A stretch of DNA of 62,760 nucleotides, counting the filler, from Globobulimina sp. (Eukaryota), in NCBI GenBank assembly GCA_003354225.1. It is 21 parts of 21 records of this genome, joined end to end, with 100 filler letters (N's around TTAATTAATTAA, not from the genome) between each part and the next. Parts side by side here need not be neighbours in the genome. Positions count along the whole stretch, not along the records: positions 1 to 2,896 come from PIVH01004460.1; positions 2,997 to 5,891 come from PIVH01004461.1; positions 5,992 to 8,886 come from PIVH01004462.1; positions 8,987 to 11,881 come from PIVH01004463.1; positions 11,982 to 14,876 come from PIVH01004464.1; 16 more parts are not named here. One strand, written 5' to 3'. Every line of letters begins with the position of its first letter. Position 1 is the stretch's first letter. The position numbers were made by a program, and so were the translations under genes. The notes beneath the pieces are model-generated. The model did not search any database, was not told the DNA's origin, and worked only from the letters and a program-made list of their open reading frames with translations. Shown here in pieces: positions 1 through 12,743 of this stretch.

Positions 1-363
1 GGTGGTATTCTGGCGGCAGACTATTACTTGATAACATCCATCAAACTTTTCATTACTGATTTGTGCAACTATATTATTTTTGTAATATAGAATGACATTT
101 GATTTGACACCATTCATTTTGTAATCAAAGTTGATGCTAAAGAAACACTTAAATCTGCAAATTTTTTACCTATAAAAACGCAGTAAAAGTGGTGTTCCCA
201 GCCTCTATATTACTGAATATGGGTTAAATACTAACAACCATGGCAAAAAGTTCAGAGTTTTAAAAGTTTGTCATTGTCCACGCTTAAATACAAATAAAAA
301 TAACCTAAACCACATAAAATGCAACAAAACAGCAAACAAATATCAATTGATCAAAATGTCATT

Positions 364-2685
364 TCATTTATTAAAACACAGATGACACACTGCCTTTTTC
401 TCAGTACTATTATTATTTTGACGCTTTGGTGCACAAATTGAACAATGATCTTTATCGCATATTGCACATTTCCGTTTCCGTATAAATGAATTGGAAAATT
501 CCTGTTCACAGATCGGGCAACATTCATAATCGTCTTCCAATTCCTGATCATTTTCCAGATGCAAACTTGATCGCGAACTGGATATCGATAAAGCTTTCTC
601 TTTGACTGCGCATACCATATCACATACATTTGATGCATTATATATATTTTCCTCATCTTCACTTAAAAACCTTTCACCTGATATTTCCTCCATATATTGG
701 CATAATTCATTTATATCTTTATACATTGATTCATTTTTTGTTTTGAATTTGTTTGTTTTGTCTTGCTCCGCTCTCACAATCTCTCGTAATGAGTTTGTAA
801 CTGTTGCCATAGTGACATTTTCCTGCGTAAGTTGACTCATTTCGTGTCTCATATTTTCCATAAACATGCCCAATTCTTCATGTTCTTTCTGAGAAGCTTT
901 CCTATGATATTTTTTATAAAATGCTTGCAGTTTTTCTCTATAAATATTCATCTCTTTCTCCATACAATCTCTTTGCGAATGAGCTAAATTTATTTCGCGA
1001 TCCAATAATCCTTTCAGTTCAACCTTTTCTTTGTGATGTTTCGATTCTAATTTGCGAAGATTGCCAGTCATTTCACTCAAATTATTCAATAAAGTTCGAT
1101 TTTCTTTCATTAAATTCATATCTTTGGAATTCTTATTTAATTCGACGATTTGTGAAACATTCTTATGTAAAATCTCAATTGTATACGATTTAATATTTAT
1201 AATTGACGATAATTTATCAAATATTTTATGCCAATATGATAATATCTGATGAGTATATAACGCCGTCTCTTGCTTCAAATCCATATTGTTCGCATCATTT
1301 AAGTGTAATATTTTTAAATAATGACTGCATTCAGATTTTAAATCAGTTATTCTGTCATTCATAAACAAATGATTATCATTTGTGGACACCTCATCATTCA
1401 ATGCAGCAGCATTATTACTGTTTGTTTTCACCATTAACATATCATACGATTTATATAATAAATCTGTATTCTGTACATTCATTTTTTTCATTTCATCCGT
1501 TAACATTTTTTCACGCAAATGACTGGATTTCTTATCAAAGTTTAATTGATTAATTTGATTATCCGATAAACGGAGTAATTGATCAAAAACAATTGTTTTC
1601 CTCCGAAGAACATCGCATTCATCACACGCAGTTTTATATTTTTGTTTATATCGTTTTAATCGTGATTCTATTTCATCCGTTTGTTGTTTTATATGATTTC
1701 GATGCCTATAAATCTGCTCATTTTCATGTTTTATAAAAGCAATTTCTTGTTCCAAATCTAATTTTTCTTTTCGAATATTTAATAATATTTCTTTTAATTT
1801 TTTATTGGTTTTATTGGACTCCTCATATAATTGCTTAATTACACGATGTTTGGAATGCGATGTATTTAATAATCCATTTAATTCATCGATATCTAAAAAT
1901 AATTTAGATTTATATTGGTTAAGCACATCATTTTCATCTTTGATTTCATACATTTCATGCTTCACGTCATAGATCTGCTGATTTTTAATTGTTATCGTTT
2001 CATTCAATGTAGTTATCTCAATATTTTTGTTCCTCATAATATGCGTAAATGAATTTAATTTATTGCGAAGTACAATGGATAAGGTCTCTAATTTATAATT
2101 TATGGCTGCTTTCTCGTCTGAATGTTGTTCAATTTTATTGTTATGTCTATCATTTAAAGCATTAAGTTTCGAAACAATGCAATCTTTTAATTTATTAATT
2201 TTTATTTCACATTCATTCATTTCATTTTTCAATGATTCATTTTCTTCCTGCAAAACAATCATTTTTCTAACTTGATTTTTAATGATTTCCTCCAATTTAT
2301 TTCTGATATTAATGCCTTCATTTAACTCAATTTGCAATCTATTATTTGCCGCCATTTCTTCAACATATTTTTTATGCAAAGTTGCAATTTTTGCATCATA
2401 TTTGTTGATTACTGTTCGAATTTCATATTTCGTCTTTTTATAAATATATGTTGAAGTGGTCGAACATTCGGATTCAATTTCATTTATTTCTGATTTTAAA
2501 TCTCGTAATTTTGACAATAATTTATTTCTTTCTTGTTTTAATTTATTTTCTTTCATTTTTGTCTCCATTGTTAATGTTTGTATGTTTTGCTTTAATTCGG
2601 ATTTAATCGTTCTATATTTATTATTTTCAGCTTCTTTTTCTTGCTTTAAAACTGTTCGACTTTCCAATAATTCATTTATTTTCAT
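364..2685 (-). CDS. Long coiled-coil protein with C-terminal FYVE-like zinc finger (5' end uncertain)
   Basis: About 700 aa of heptad-rich K/E/N sequence, then CPIC-x4-F-x4-RKRKCAIC-x4-CSIC...VCHLC with FYVE cysteine spacing; the canonical R(R/K)HHCR motif is degenerate. Confidence 0.75.
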   Translation of the reverse strand: MKINELLESRTVLKQEKEAENNKYRTIKSELKQNIQTLTMETKMKENKLKQERNKLLSKLRDLKSEINEIESECSTTSTYIYKKTKYEIRTVINKYDAKIATLHKKYVEEMAANNRLQIELNEGINIRNKLEEIIKNQVRKMIVLQEENESLKNEMNECEIKINKLKDCIVSKLNALNDRHNNKIEQHSDEKAAINYKLETLSIVLRNKLNSFTHIMRNKNIEITTLNETITIKNQQIYDVKHEMYEIKDENDVLNQYKSKLFLDIDELNGLLNTSHSKHRVIKQLYEESNKTNKKLKEILLNIRKEKLDLEQEIAFIKHENEQIYRHRNHIKQQTDEIESRLKRYKQKYKTACDECDVLRRKTIVFDQLLRLSDNQINQLNFDKKSSHLREKMLTDEMKKMNVQNTDLLYKSYDMLMVKTNSNNAAALNDEVSTNDNHLFMNDRITDLKSECSHYLKILHLNDANNMDLKQETALYTHQILSYWHKIFDKLSSIINIKSYTIEILHKNVSQIVELNKNSKDMNLMKENRTLLNNLSEMTGNLRKLESKHHKEKVELKGLLDREINLAHSQRDCMEKEMNIYREKLQAFYKKYHRKASQKEHEELGMFMENMRHEMSQLTQENVTMATVTNSLREIVRAEQDKTNKFKTKNESMYKDINELCQYMEEISGERFLSEDEENIYNASNVCDMVCAVKEKALSISSSRSSLHLENDQELEDDYECCPICEQEFSNSFIRKRKCAICDKDHCSICAPKRQNNNSTEKKAVCHLCFNK

Positions 2686-2896
2686 TTTCTGTGAGTTTGT
2701 TATTCACGGAAAATATAAAGGTGTATAATATTAAAAATAATAAATAACCTGATTGTCTATGATGAATTGCATTGTTTCAAATTGAGAATTATTATCTTTT
2801 TGCATTTTCTGTGTTAATTGAGATTTAGTAATTTTATATTCGTCATATTTCCGTTTCCATTTTTTAATTTCTGATTTTTTTTCTTACTTTAAAGCT

Positions 2897-2996
2897 NNNN
2901 NNNNNNNNNNNNNNNNNNNNNNNNNNNNNNNNNNNNNNNNTTAATTAATTAANNNNNNNNNNNNNNNNNNNNNNNNNNNNNNNNNNNNNNNNNNNN
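2897..2996. other. Artificial contig linker N44-TTAATTAATTAA-N44 (first of 20; the others start at 5892, 8887, 11882, 14877, 17872, 20867, 23862, 26856, 29849, 32842, 35835, 38827, 41819, 44811, 47803, 50795, 53787, 56779, 59770)
   Basis: An identical 100-nt spacer with six-frame stops recurs about every 2.99 kb, and the intervening contigs shrink from 2896 to 2891 nt, as in a length-sorted concatenation. Confidence 0.98.
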
Positions 2997-3671
2997 AATG
3001 CTTTATTTATTTTGTGGTTGTCGCAGTTATGTGGATGGTGCTCAATGTGTTCAGTCGTACTATTTTGGACTTGTTTTGTGTCCATCGATGTGTATAAAGG
3101 CGTTGCAAATTATAATTTTAATGGAATACATAATGATATCGATAGATATGAATGGTTACAGTTTAAATCCGGTTTAGTATTTGGTGCATATGGTCTATTA
3201 TTAACAGCACTCGTTTCTGTAAATTGTAGCGTGTTATATCCGTGGCTAAGAAAACGAATATCAACGCGGATTTTGTACTTATTCGGCGAGTGTGGAATGG
3301 GAACATTATGCATCATATTCTATCTCACAACAAACGAAACATTGCTATTAATATTAATAAGTTCGTTTGGTGTCTTCACGCAAATCCATATGCAGTCATG
3401 TTTGGAGTTAACAGAGAACGAATTACAAGCAATGTTTAGGAAAATGAGGAAATCCAAAACTACAAAATATTTCCAATACGTTATGGAAATATGTAATGTT
3501 ATCGCACCTGTCGCGGTTTCGTTATTTGGCGGTCCCATTGTTGCGCTGTTCGATGGACAATTTAAATATTTGTGGCTATTTGCGGGATGCATACAATTAG
3601 TGTTTGATTTCTTTGTGTTGTTAATATTTTGTAATGTGTTTCCGTGGAAATTACCGCCCGTCTTGTCATGA
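2997..3671 (+). CDS. SLC45/sucrose-proton symporter-like MFS transporter, C-terminal half (5'-truncated)
   Basis: Six hydrophobic helices; SQLCGWCSMCSVVLFWTCFVSIDVYKG...GLVFGAYGLL resembles TM7-8 of the SLC45/SUT family. Confidence 0.65.
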   Translation, partial: NALFILWLSQLCGWCSMCSVVLFWTCFVSIDVYKGVANYNFNGIHNDIDRYEWLQFKSGLVFGAYGLLLTALVSVNCSVLYPWLRKRISTRILYLFGECGMGTLCIIFYLTTNETLLLILISSFGVFTQIHMQSCLELTENELQAMFRKMRKSKTTKYFQYVMEICNVIAPVAVSLFGGPIVALFDGQFKYLWLFAGCIQLVFDFFVLLIFCNVFPWKLPPVLS

Positions 3672-3713
3672 TTAATTTTAATTGTAATAATACCATTTTT
3701 GAGTATTTGAAAC

Positions 3714-5891
3714 ATGGCGTCGTCATCTCCCGGCAAAGCCGCCCTTGAACGGGCAACCCATGAATTAATACTGGCGTCACAAGGACGCGACACAGAGGAG
3801 AAAGTCAGCAAAATCATCCAATTGCTAACCATAACCAAAGAGATTGGCCGTGATGGAAGCATCTGTATCACGGATGATTTACTAAAATGTTTACGTTTAA
3901 TGCTAGTCGACGTGGATAAATCTATCCGTGTCCAATCCTGTCGCGCCATGCGATACATCACATGCAACAATTCCATATTAAATAGAATGATATTCCTCAA
4001 TATACCCATCTTTATGATGATATGTTTAGAGCGAGAGGACAACAAATATCTATGGGAAAGAATGCAATCTCTCAAATGGATTCGCCATTTAATGGATAAC
4101 TACGCCTCCCAAATGCCGAAATGTTGCATCATGTCTCTTATTGGAATCGCGCAAAATGGAAAAGACGAATTTCGTCGAATTTGTCTAGACTCATTGCGTG
4201 AATTATGCATTACCAACACATTAATCATCAACAAATGCAATGGTTTTAAAGTCTTAATCGACTCCGTACTCAATCCGCAATTAAACGACATATCAAACTC
4301 ATTGGTCCTGACTATATTATACATTCTCGACCATCCCAATACACGCAAATACTTACGGCCATCCCTCGACATTCAAAGGTATCCACATTCCACGTATCCA
4401 CCGTACGCAAATTCGCAACAAAAACATTTTATACACAAAGATTACTGGCTCCATTTGTCGATGTCAACCCTTATAAACCAGACGCTTTATCCAAGGCAGA
4501 GAAGGCAGAAAAGCACAAAATCCGCGAAATAGCCTCCAAAACATTGATGACAATGTTGAAGTCCATAACGGGCATATTTTATTTGGGCGGCAACGGAGAC
4601 AGATCGTGTCTCAAAATCCTGGTGGATTTGATGAAATTGCCCAATAACATCGTCGGCATTCAATGGAGTAGGAAGTGCATATTCGATGTGTTGGAAAATG
4701 CATTGTTGCCCTTATCTGACAGCAACAAATTAGATGGACAGAGAGGGCCAAACTTAATCGTCAATTATGTCTGTTTAATATTGATGGCATTTATCAAAAA
4801 CGGTTTGATTGAATGTCTCGTGGATGTTGGAATGCGCTCCGATTTGGACTTAGCGCCCAGAGCTAGAACATTGTTGCAACGGATTCAGTTTTTGTCTGCA
4901 AAGTATTTGCCGCCGTCATTGTGCCGGCGCATTACCAACATCTCCAAAGTTATGAACGATGCGACTTTGTTCAACAACAAAATCTCGGAAAGCAAACCCA
5001 ATCATTGTCATTGCGACTGTCATAACAAAAATAGGCGACGTTCATACAAATCCAATCTGGAAATCACAGTGCAACGCAATTTCGCCAATATGATGATCTC
5101 GGAGTTGACCGAAGGCACTTCCTTATACGATATGGATGATAATAAGTATCAAAACGAATGCAATGACGATGAATATATATCGTCGTATATCATTTGTCAC
5201 CGTTTGGGCCCAGAATTCGATTTAAATTCCACGTTCATCCGTTATCGATACATGATGGATCGCGACATTCCATCCCTAATGTTCCAGGATCGAATACCTT
5301 ATCATCACCACAGAAACTCCAATACCTCCGATATAAATATAAACAGGTTTCACTTTCCATACTTCCCTCTTTTTATTGGTCACTCACAGCCAAACTGACA
5401 GAAACTTCGAACAATTTTCATTCAAATCGCAAAAAAGAAACATTTTGGAATCTCTCAAGTTCGATCAAAATGCCTCCTACACTGAAAATGTCATATTAAA
5501 CATGCTGAAACAGACCAAAGTGATCCTGACCAAAGACTTCATGCTCTGGGATATGAACTATGTTTGGAAGGTCTTGAACGGTCCCTTGTGGTACGTAGAT
5601 AACTTACAATCTGCCTTCAAAACCAAATTCATCAAACGTTTGCTGCAATATTTGAAACCGTCGCGTCAGTTTTTCTCCCAATTAAAGTGGTCAATTCAGA
5701 CCATCCGCCACGCTCAGTGCGCCTGTCAATTATTTCGGTTATTGATCTCCACCGACGATGGTTGCAAGAACCAGTACTTTCAGGAGCTGATTCAGGAATT
5801 ATTTGAATGTCTCAAGGACCAAATCGAGGCCAATTTGAAGAAGCGGAGACCCAATTTATCGCATTCACCGTTCAGTCGCTCCTCTATTCGC
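3714..5891 (+). CDS. RICTOR: RICTOR/Avo3/PiaA (TORC2 subunit), 3'-truncated; introns 4379-4440 and 5347-5389
   Basis: RICTOR_N motifs IRVQSCRAMRY, CLEREDNKYLWERMQSLKWIR and LYILDHPNTRKYLRPSLDIQR|LLAPFVD; RICTOR_M motif TKFIKRLLQYLKPS. Two GT-AG introns join the three ORFs in frame. Confidence 0.9.
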
Positions 5892-6233
5892 NNNNNNNNN
5901 NNNNNNNNNNNNNNNNNNNNNNNNNNNNNNNNNNNTTAATTAATTAANNNNNNNNNNNNNNNNNNNNNNNNNNNNNNNNNNNNNNNNNNNNCGTTGATAG
6001 TTGTATCATGGACAGCAAATGCATTCAACGGAAATAATTCATCAAACACAACAGTATCGTATGATATACTTTGTTGCTGCCCACAGAATGAAAATCTCTT
6101 AGAAAGTGTCTACACTCTTTCTTCAAACCAGCAACACTATTTTCCCTCACTAAACTGTTTTCATCGCTTAGCATAGAACATAATCTCCAAGAATACTAAA
6201 TAACCTCCGTCTCCAGCACCGCCTGCCAGCAAT

Positions 6234-7842
6234 ATGCAAACTCAAAAGCAAAGACCAATTCAACGACGACATCGACCGCCAGTACCTCCCAAATTCGAGT
6301 TACCACCACGAGGTGAAAAATGTGAGAATTGGTTAAAACCCGGCAAACGTGAACTCAGAGTTAAAAACAGACATTTGTGTGTATATATGTATAATTACAA
6401 ACAACCCAATTCACAAAATAGTTACGCGCAAAATCATGAAATGAACAACGAATGAAAGTGATTGAAATCATGGTAAATCGTGTTGTATTGATTGTATTTG
6501 ATTTATTGTCATTAGATATTGCGAATGATATACCATTCAAATTAGACACCGAACTGATTATCAATGGATTAATTGCAGAATTTGATTGTGCTCTGTTATT
6601 AACGTGGTCAGGTCCTAAGCTTCGAGGAAACGGATGGAAAACAAAAAAATGGGAAGGAAAAAACGGTTATTATAAATTATGCAAGAATTGGTCTGATCAA
6701 AATAAATGTAAAATTGCCCACAAATTCTGGTTACCAATATTTGACCAATTATTGTCATTTATTGATTTTCTAGCAAATCAATATGAAAACGATGCAACAT
6801 TTCAAAATGCATTTAGATCGTGTTTAATTTATACATGTTTTTATTCAATTTGTTGTTCAAAAGTTGGATTCCCGAAAACCAGGGATTTGCCATTATTGCT
6901 TGACACTGTCATTGCAAAAAATGGCCAAATCAAAAAATATTTCAAAGCATTTGATCCAAATTTGCATATTTACAAATTTAAAGTCGAAGTTAAGAACCTG
7001 AACATCTGTACTTCTGTGCACGTATTTGATTAATGTGCACTTTGAGCACATTGCACAAAAACGATATGTTTGTTAACACCCAGGAATCAGAGAAATATAA
7101 CCGAGAGAAAAGAATTTGTCAAGCAGTAAAAGATCGGTGTACGCAATATCTGGGAAATGCTGTGCAAATCACATTTAATGAATTTTGTGGTTTACAATTA
7201 GATTTAGAACAATTTACATTCAGTATTAAATACAATACGCTCGGTGAGATTGGTCGGGAACAAACTCAAACTCCGCCTTCAAACAATCAAATATTTGAAG
7301 ATGAGAGGAAAACATCGTTATCTTCTTCATCCTCAAATTTATTATGTTTGGATGATAACTATTTAAGAGCAGAACATGATGGTTTGTCATATGGTGCATC
7401 TCGTGGGCAATCTCAAACTGTTCGGCAACGTCGATATTCTCCATTGGTTCCTAGTTTTGATGATCGCAATGGATTTGAATTAGAAAGCGTTGGTTTATTG
7501 CAAAATGAACCAGGTTTACTGCAAAATGAGTTTTGCGCACATGTTCCAGCGCCAGTACTGCCAAATTGTTGCTGTAATATCCCGCCACATTTTCATAATG
7601 ATAGTTACTTATATGATGAACAATTAATCCCCGGCATATCCACAGAAAGTACAATTTCAAATGTTTCAAATAATACTTTCTTATCTGATTCATTATCACT
7701 TGAGTCAAGGCATAGAAATGAGGAAATGATGATGAATCCAATTGTTTATAATTCATATCATGATCAACCATACATAGCACAAGCATATACTGATAATAAT
7801 TATAATAATTTGTCTCCACAATATCCCTTTTGTTTTAATTGA
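6234..7842 (+). CDS. Hypothetical spliced protein (intron 6989-7083; first intron uncertain)
   Basis: Three consecutive ORFs on the same strand; intron GTTAAG...CCCAG joins KFKVE to ESEKYN in frame. No family recognised. Confidence 0.55.
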
Positions 7843-9329
7843 TTTTCATTTGATGGACCATACAAATGATACAGTTTGTTGTGCCTCTAAGTGCGATTAA
7901 TTATGGATATTTTGAGGCTTTATCAGTATGGGTTGTTGTCCAAAATACATATTATTAGTTTTGATATCGCTGAATATTTATTAATAATTCATTTTTCTAA
8001 TTTGATAAATAGCAGCATTTGTATATCCCTTTTTAACTATATATATTAATGAGGAACTAATTATATTATATATTTATATTATTTTTATATTAAATCAAAT
8101 TTACTGTAGCATCTACTGTTTGTTGTTATCGCTGTCTTTTTTTCTTTATTTATATATCTAAAAAGCATGTTGGTCACTAATCGCAATCAGCAATTATCAG
8201 ATACCTTTGTTTTAGCCATCATTGATGAATGCGAATAATATTTATTAATGAATCGTGTCTTTGTTTTATAAATGTCAATGGTTTGCAAAATGTTTGTGTT
8301 TTGTTGATTGTTTTTGTGACACATGAATTGAATGTGAGTACTTTTCAATTCATGGTCAATGTTTGTTTTTGCATGTTTTAAATTTATATTAATCTAAATT
8401 TCATTCAGTGCAATGCACGTTTCTTGAAGATGTATACAAAAATAGAGTCAGATAGATAACCACTCTCTGTATACAGAGTTACATTACAGACTATTTCTCG
8501 TTGATTTTCTCAAAATAATAAACAATGAATTATAAGGCAATAAACACTAAATAGTAAAACTTTACAGGCCTGAAACATGACAGTTTGGCGATGGTTTGCA
8601 CCGATATTGTTATGTCATTTGATTGGTTGTTGTCAATTCGAAAATGGTTCAATGATTTATAGTTCAGGAGGAAGATATTCAACAAATCACAGTGCGAACA
8701 GTGCCAATATTTTATGGAACGCTATATTCAGAAACTTATATTGATGGTGTTGATAATATGGAATTCGTCGCAGAAATCATTGAAAATGAAGTGATATTTG
8801 CTATAACAAATTTTGATATTTGCTATGGCCGATATTCCTTTTTTGAACATTATATTCGAATCACAAATAAAGTGATATATGTAACGNNNNNNNNNNNNNN
8901 NNNNNNNNNNNNNNNNNNNNNNNNNNNNNNTTAATTAATTAANNNNNNNNNNNNNNNNNNNNNNNNNNNNNNNNNNNNNNNNNNNNCATTACATAGCTGT
9001 GTTGGAGGTTTCTTCACCGCTTGGTTGACTTGATTCCATCTTGATCCAAACTTTGTTTGAATGCTGAAATGGAGAGCATTTATTTATTATACTGTATGTA
9101 TGTATACTGTGTACTACAGTGTGTGTGTAGCGCATGTACAATGTACTATGTGGCCTCAGGAAAACGATTCTGCCACTCCCGAAACCCCCTAGGGGCAGAC
9201 ATTTCGGTCCTACCTACCGTATCTCTTTCTCTAACAGCTATAAATCGGTTTTTCTAGCCTAACTCCTTTTCAGAGAAAATTTTTACTCTTAGAGGTTCAA
9301 ATTTGGACTCAAAAGTCGATTTTTTAACA

Positions 9330-10025
9330 TAAAACGGTCCCAAACGGTCTGAATTTTTAAGTACCGGTCCAGGCCGGTCCGAGTTCCTGGACCGGCGGTC
9401 TTAAAAACGGTTAACCGGAAGCAAATGTTTGGACCGCCAGTCCGATCCACTGCCGGAGGCTAGGACCATGGTCTGGACCGGTCCTGAAAAAATCGGACCA
9501 TTAGGCCTTTTTTCCGCCAGCAGTCGACGATTTTACTGTAATGTAGAACAGTTTTTAAAAAGGCCAGTTTTCGGCAGCTGGTCAACACTTGGAACAGTTT
9601 TTAAAGTGTTTTTTCGGCAGGCGGTCAACGATTTATAAACCAGTTTTCGGCCGCCGGTCAACACTTGGTGAACAGTTTTTAAAGGCCTTTATTCGGACCC
9701 CAGTGGACGATTTATTTCGGGCCCGAAGTATACTATACTGTACTGTATGTACTGTAGAACAGTTTTTTAAAAAACCAGTTTTCGGCCAACGGTCAACACT
9801 TGGAGAACAGTTTTTAAAGGCCTTTTTTCGGGCTTGAAGTATACTACGTATATATACAGTATATACTGTAGAACAGTTTTTTTCGATTTTCGTGTAAAAA
9901 CATGTAAACGGCGCCAGCTAGGACCGAAAGGTCCAAGAACTACGGGCACATCTGTTTTCGATCGCCGGTCGACGATTTATACTACCTTTTTTACTTAATA
10001 TACTGTAGGTCGGGTCGGTCCGTGC
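9330..10025. repeat. Degenerate modular repeat array with GGWCC palindromes, possibly a DNA-transposon subterminal region
   Basis: GAACAGTTTTT x6, CCAGTTTTCGGC-N4-GGTCAACACTTGG x3, GT(C/G)(G/A)ACGATTT x4; perfect 10-bp inverted repeat at 9364-9373/9386-9395. Confidence 0.8.
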
Positions 10026-11313
10026 GGTAGTTGGTCTACAAAACTTAAGAGAATGAGAAGAGAACTCACCTGTAACACAAATAAAAAAAGTTCTTTATAA
10101 ATAATAAAAGCCTCCCTGGCTGGACCAGTCCAAGATGTTCGACGAACAGATGATAGAGACAGCGCTATTAAAAATCGCTTCGTCTTTCTTCTCAGTCAGA
10201 GCTCAGACCAAAGGTGGGCGCCGATAGATGAATGGGCCAACCAAAGCCGAACGTTCTTACTAATAAAAAGTGAATAGTAAAATGAGATAGATAACAAACG
10301 AGCTATGGCGGAGAATAAATAGTCTATACCAACAAAGACAGACAGAGGGAGAATTTTCGCGCGCATGCAACAATGACTTGCTTTGCTTATTAATAGATAC
10401 CGTAGTTAGTTTATAATTAAAATTCTAGTTGACGCAAGACTTTGGTTGTTGCGCCTAAACTTGGTTCAAACTTTCATAATTAGAACTCAACTTTACAATT
10501 AAAAATAAATGTTGTATAGACACTATGAATAAGCCGAACTATAATGCAAGGAAGAACGTTAATAGAAACTGTATATTGATGAGATTTCGGCCTGGTTTCT
10601 TTCTGGTGAGAATAAATAGGCAAACGCAGTCGCTCGCAGACACAGACTTTTTTCGCGCGGGTGGATTATGGAGGAATGCTTTGCTTTGCTTTAGATACTA
10701 CGATACCGTAATCTAATTTGTCTGCCTGGCAATACAAGAAAAACTTAGTATACCAGCACATATCCTTTATCATGGAGGTATTTTTCTATCTCTTGCTCTG
10801 GCGGTCCAGCCGCTCCATAAAAATCATGCAATAAATAAAATTCTTCTGATGAAGAAAAGGACATAATTAAAAAATATATATTTGTACACTTATAACATAA
10901 ACAAAATACAACACCGGTCTATACAACGACTCTGACTGACCTATGATTATGAACTTGCTTAGGTGATTAGTGTGTAATCAATTTGTCGGTGGATAATTGG
11001 TCAAGGCCTTTTGGCACCCTCACAGAAACGTCTAAAAACTGCCTTTGGTTGTACTTTACGGGCCCAGGCCAGGCGGCATGGCAATTTGTGAGTCGCGTCA
11101 TTCATGACAAAGGACTTGTTTACGCCAATACATTATACTCTCATAAAGGAAGCGCAGGTCACTAATCCTATATAGATTTGATTCCACAGGTAATTGGGCA
11201 ATAAAAAGTTAGGAATGATTGGTTTGTATTGCGTTAATTAATTCCATCCATACTGTACATGTACGTACGAAGACGTACATCCAATAATAGTTTCTTCATA
11301 TTAGAATATTTCA

Positions 11314-11615
11314 AATTTCGATAATAATATTTCGATAATAATATTTCGATAATAAAAGTTCAATTTTTAATTCGAATAATAAATTTATCAATAATAAAAG
11401 TCCAATTTTAATTCGAATAATAAATTTTAGTTGATTTACAATACAAACAAGTACATCAATTACGTAACAGACTTCCGAATTAAATCACAGACATCCGTCG
11501 GTCCTCCAGAGACACTTCCATGATAAGTTTCCTCATATAATAAAGCATCTTAATAAGTTCCCTTATATAATAAAGCATCTTGAGCATTAATTGGCAGTTT
11601 ATTGGCAGTTTATTT
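11314..11615. repeat. Short tandem duplications (ATTTCGATAATAA x3; ~40-bp unit x2; ~30-bp unit x2; ATTGGCAGTTT x2)
   Basis: Direct repeats visible in the sequence. Confidence 0.8.
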
Positions 11616-11981
11616 CATTCAGGAACATCAAGTCAAGCTTATTCCATCCTATCCTGGTACCCACACATCTTATAAAGATCATATTAGCATTAAAACTTTG
11701 TTCAAATAACACATGAATATCAGATTCAGATGGTCCCTACAGAAAATTTCGTAATAGGTTAAAACAGTTTTTATGGTGAATCATGTTCTAGTGAGGCAAC
11801 TTGCAATATGTACCTAAAAGCAAGTAGAAAAGTTAATGAGATAGCCAGTTAAATAGCATCTTGCATTTGCGACTTGCAATGNNNNNNNNNNNNNNNNNNN
11901 NNNNNNNNNNNNNNNNNNNNNNNNNTTAATTAATTAANNNNNNNNNNNNNNNNNNNNNNNNNNNNNNNNNNNNNNNNNNNN

Positions 11982-12531
11982 ATGCATACAAATCAATGTC
12001 CATTTGTTTATACAAGTTATTTGGTGTTAGTTTTACAAAAACGGGCAAATCTTCATTTGCAATTTTCATTCCATATCTTCTTCGTTTTCTTAATTTTATT
12101 GTGTTTGAATATATTTTTTTTGATTCAATTACAACATTTTTGTTAAATTTTATCCAAATGGACCGAGCAGAACTTGCCGTACTGGTTACAATTAAATGAA
12201 AGATACAGTCATTGTTATACCCAGCACATAAAAATTGCGTATTTTCAGGTTGTAACAAATAATATGGCTTTGATCGTGAATCTAATTCGACTTCAAATGT
12301 GAAGTTTTTATTTACATGAATTAATTTAAAATTTACACCGGTTTCAATTGATCCTCTGATGAATATGTATTCATTCATTCCTAATGACATTTGATATGTT
12401 CGCTGTTGATCGGACCCATCCGAAGCAAGTTGTGAACGGATGTTTTTATCTCCATATTCATCAAAATCAACCACTGTCAGTGCATAAGATGTTGACACTA
12501 TGTATATGTAAAATATTACAAATAATAACAT
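11982..12531 (-). CDS. Secreted or membrane hypothetical protein, 3'-truncated
   Basis: Signal-peptide-like MLLFVIFYIYIVSTSYA; the ORF stays open to the contig edge. Confidence 0.6.
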
Positions 12532-12743
12532 AAATAGAAGCGATTTTATTAAGACTTTTTTTTGGCAAAAGTTTTTTTTTTGTATTTTGCCTGTCAGCAG
12601 TCAGCTTCTTTCATATTGACGTAATAATTCACATGACACAGTTTAGATAACCATAATATATCCGTCATATTATATACAACACACAACATATTAGACCGAA
12701 TGCTCCAAACACAACGAGATGCACAGACACTACCAATCAGTCA

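Noticed and set aside
6422-6460. In-frame TGA suggesting stop-codon reassignment or selenocysteine
   Set aside because: An alternative acceptor at 6458 with a phase-1 donor removes it. Elsewhere TGA, TAA and TAG all terminate conserved genes and Trp is TGG.
9520-9890. CRISPR array
   Set aside because: The units are degenerate and variably ordered, the intervening sequences are themselves repeated, and there are no unique spacers or cas genes.
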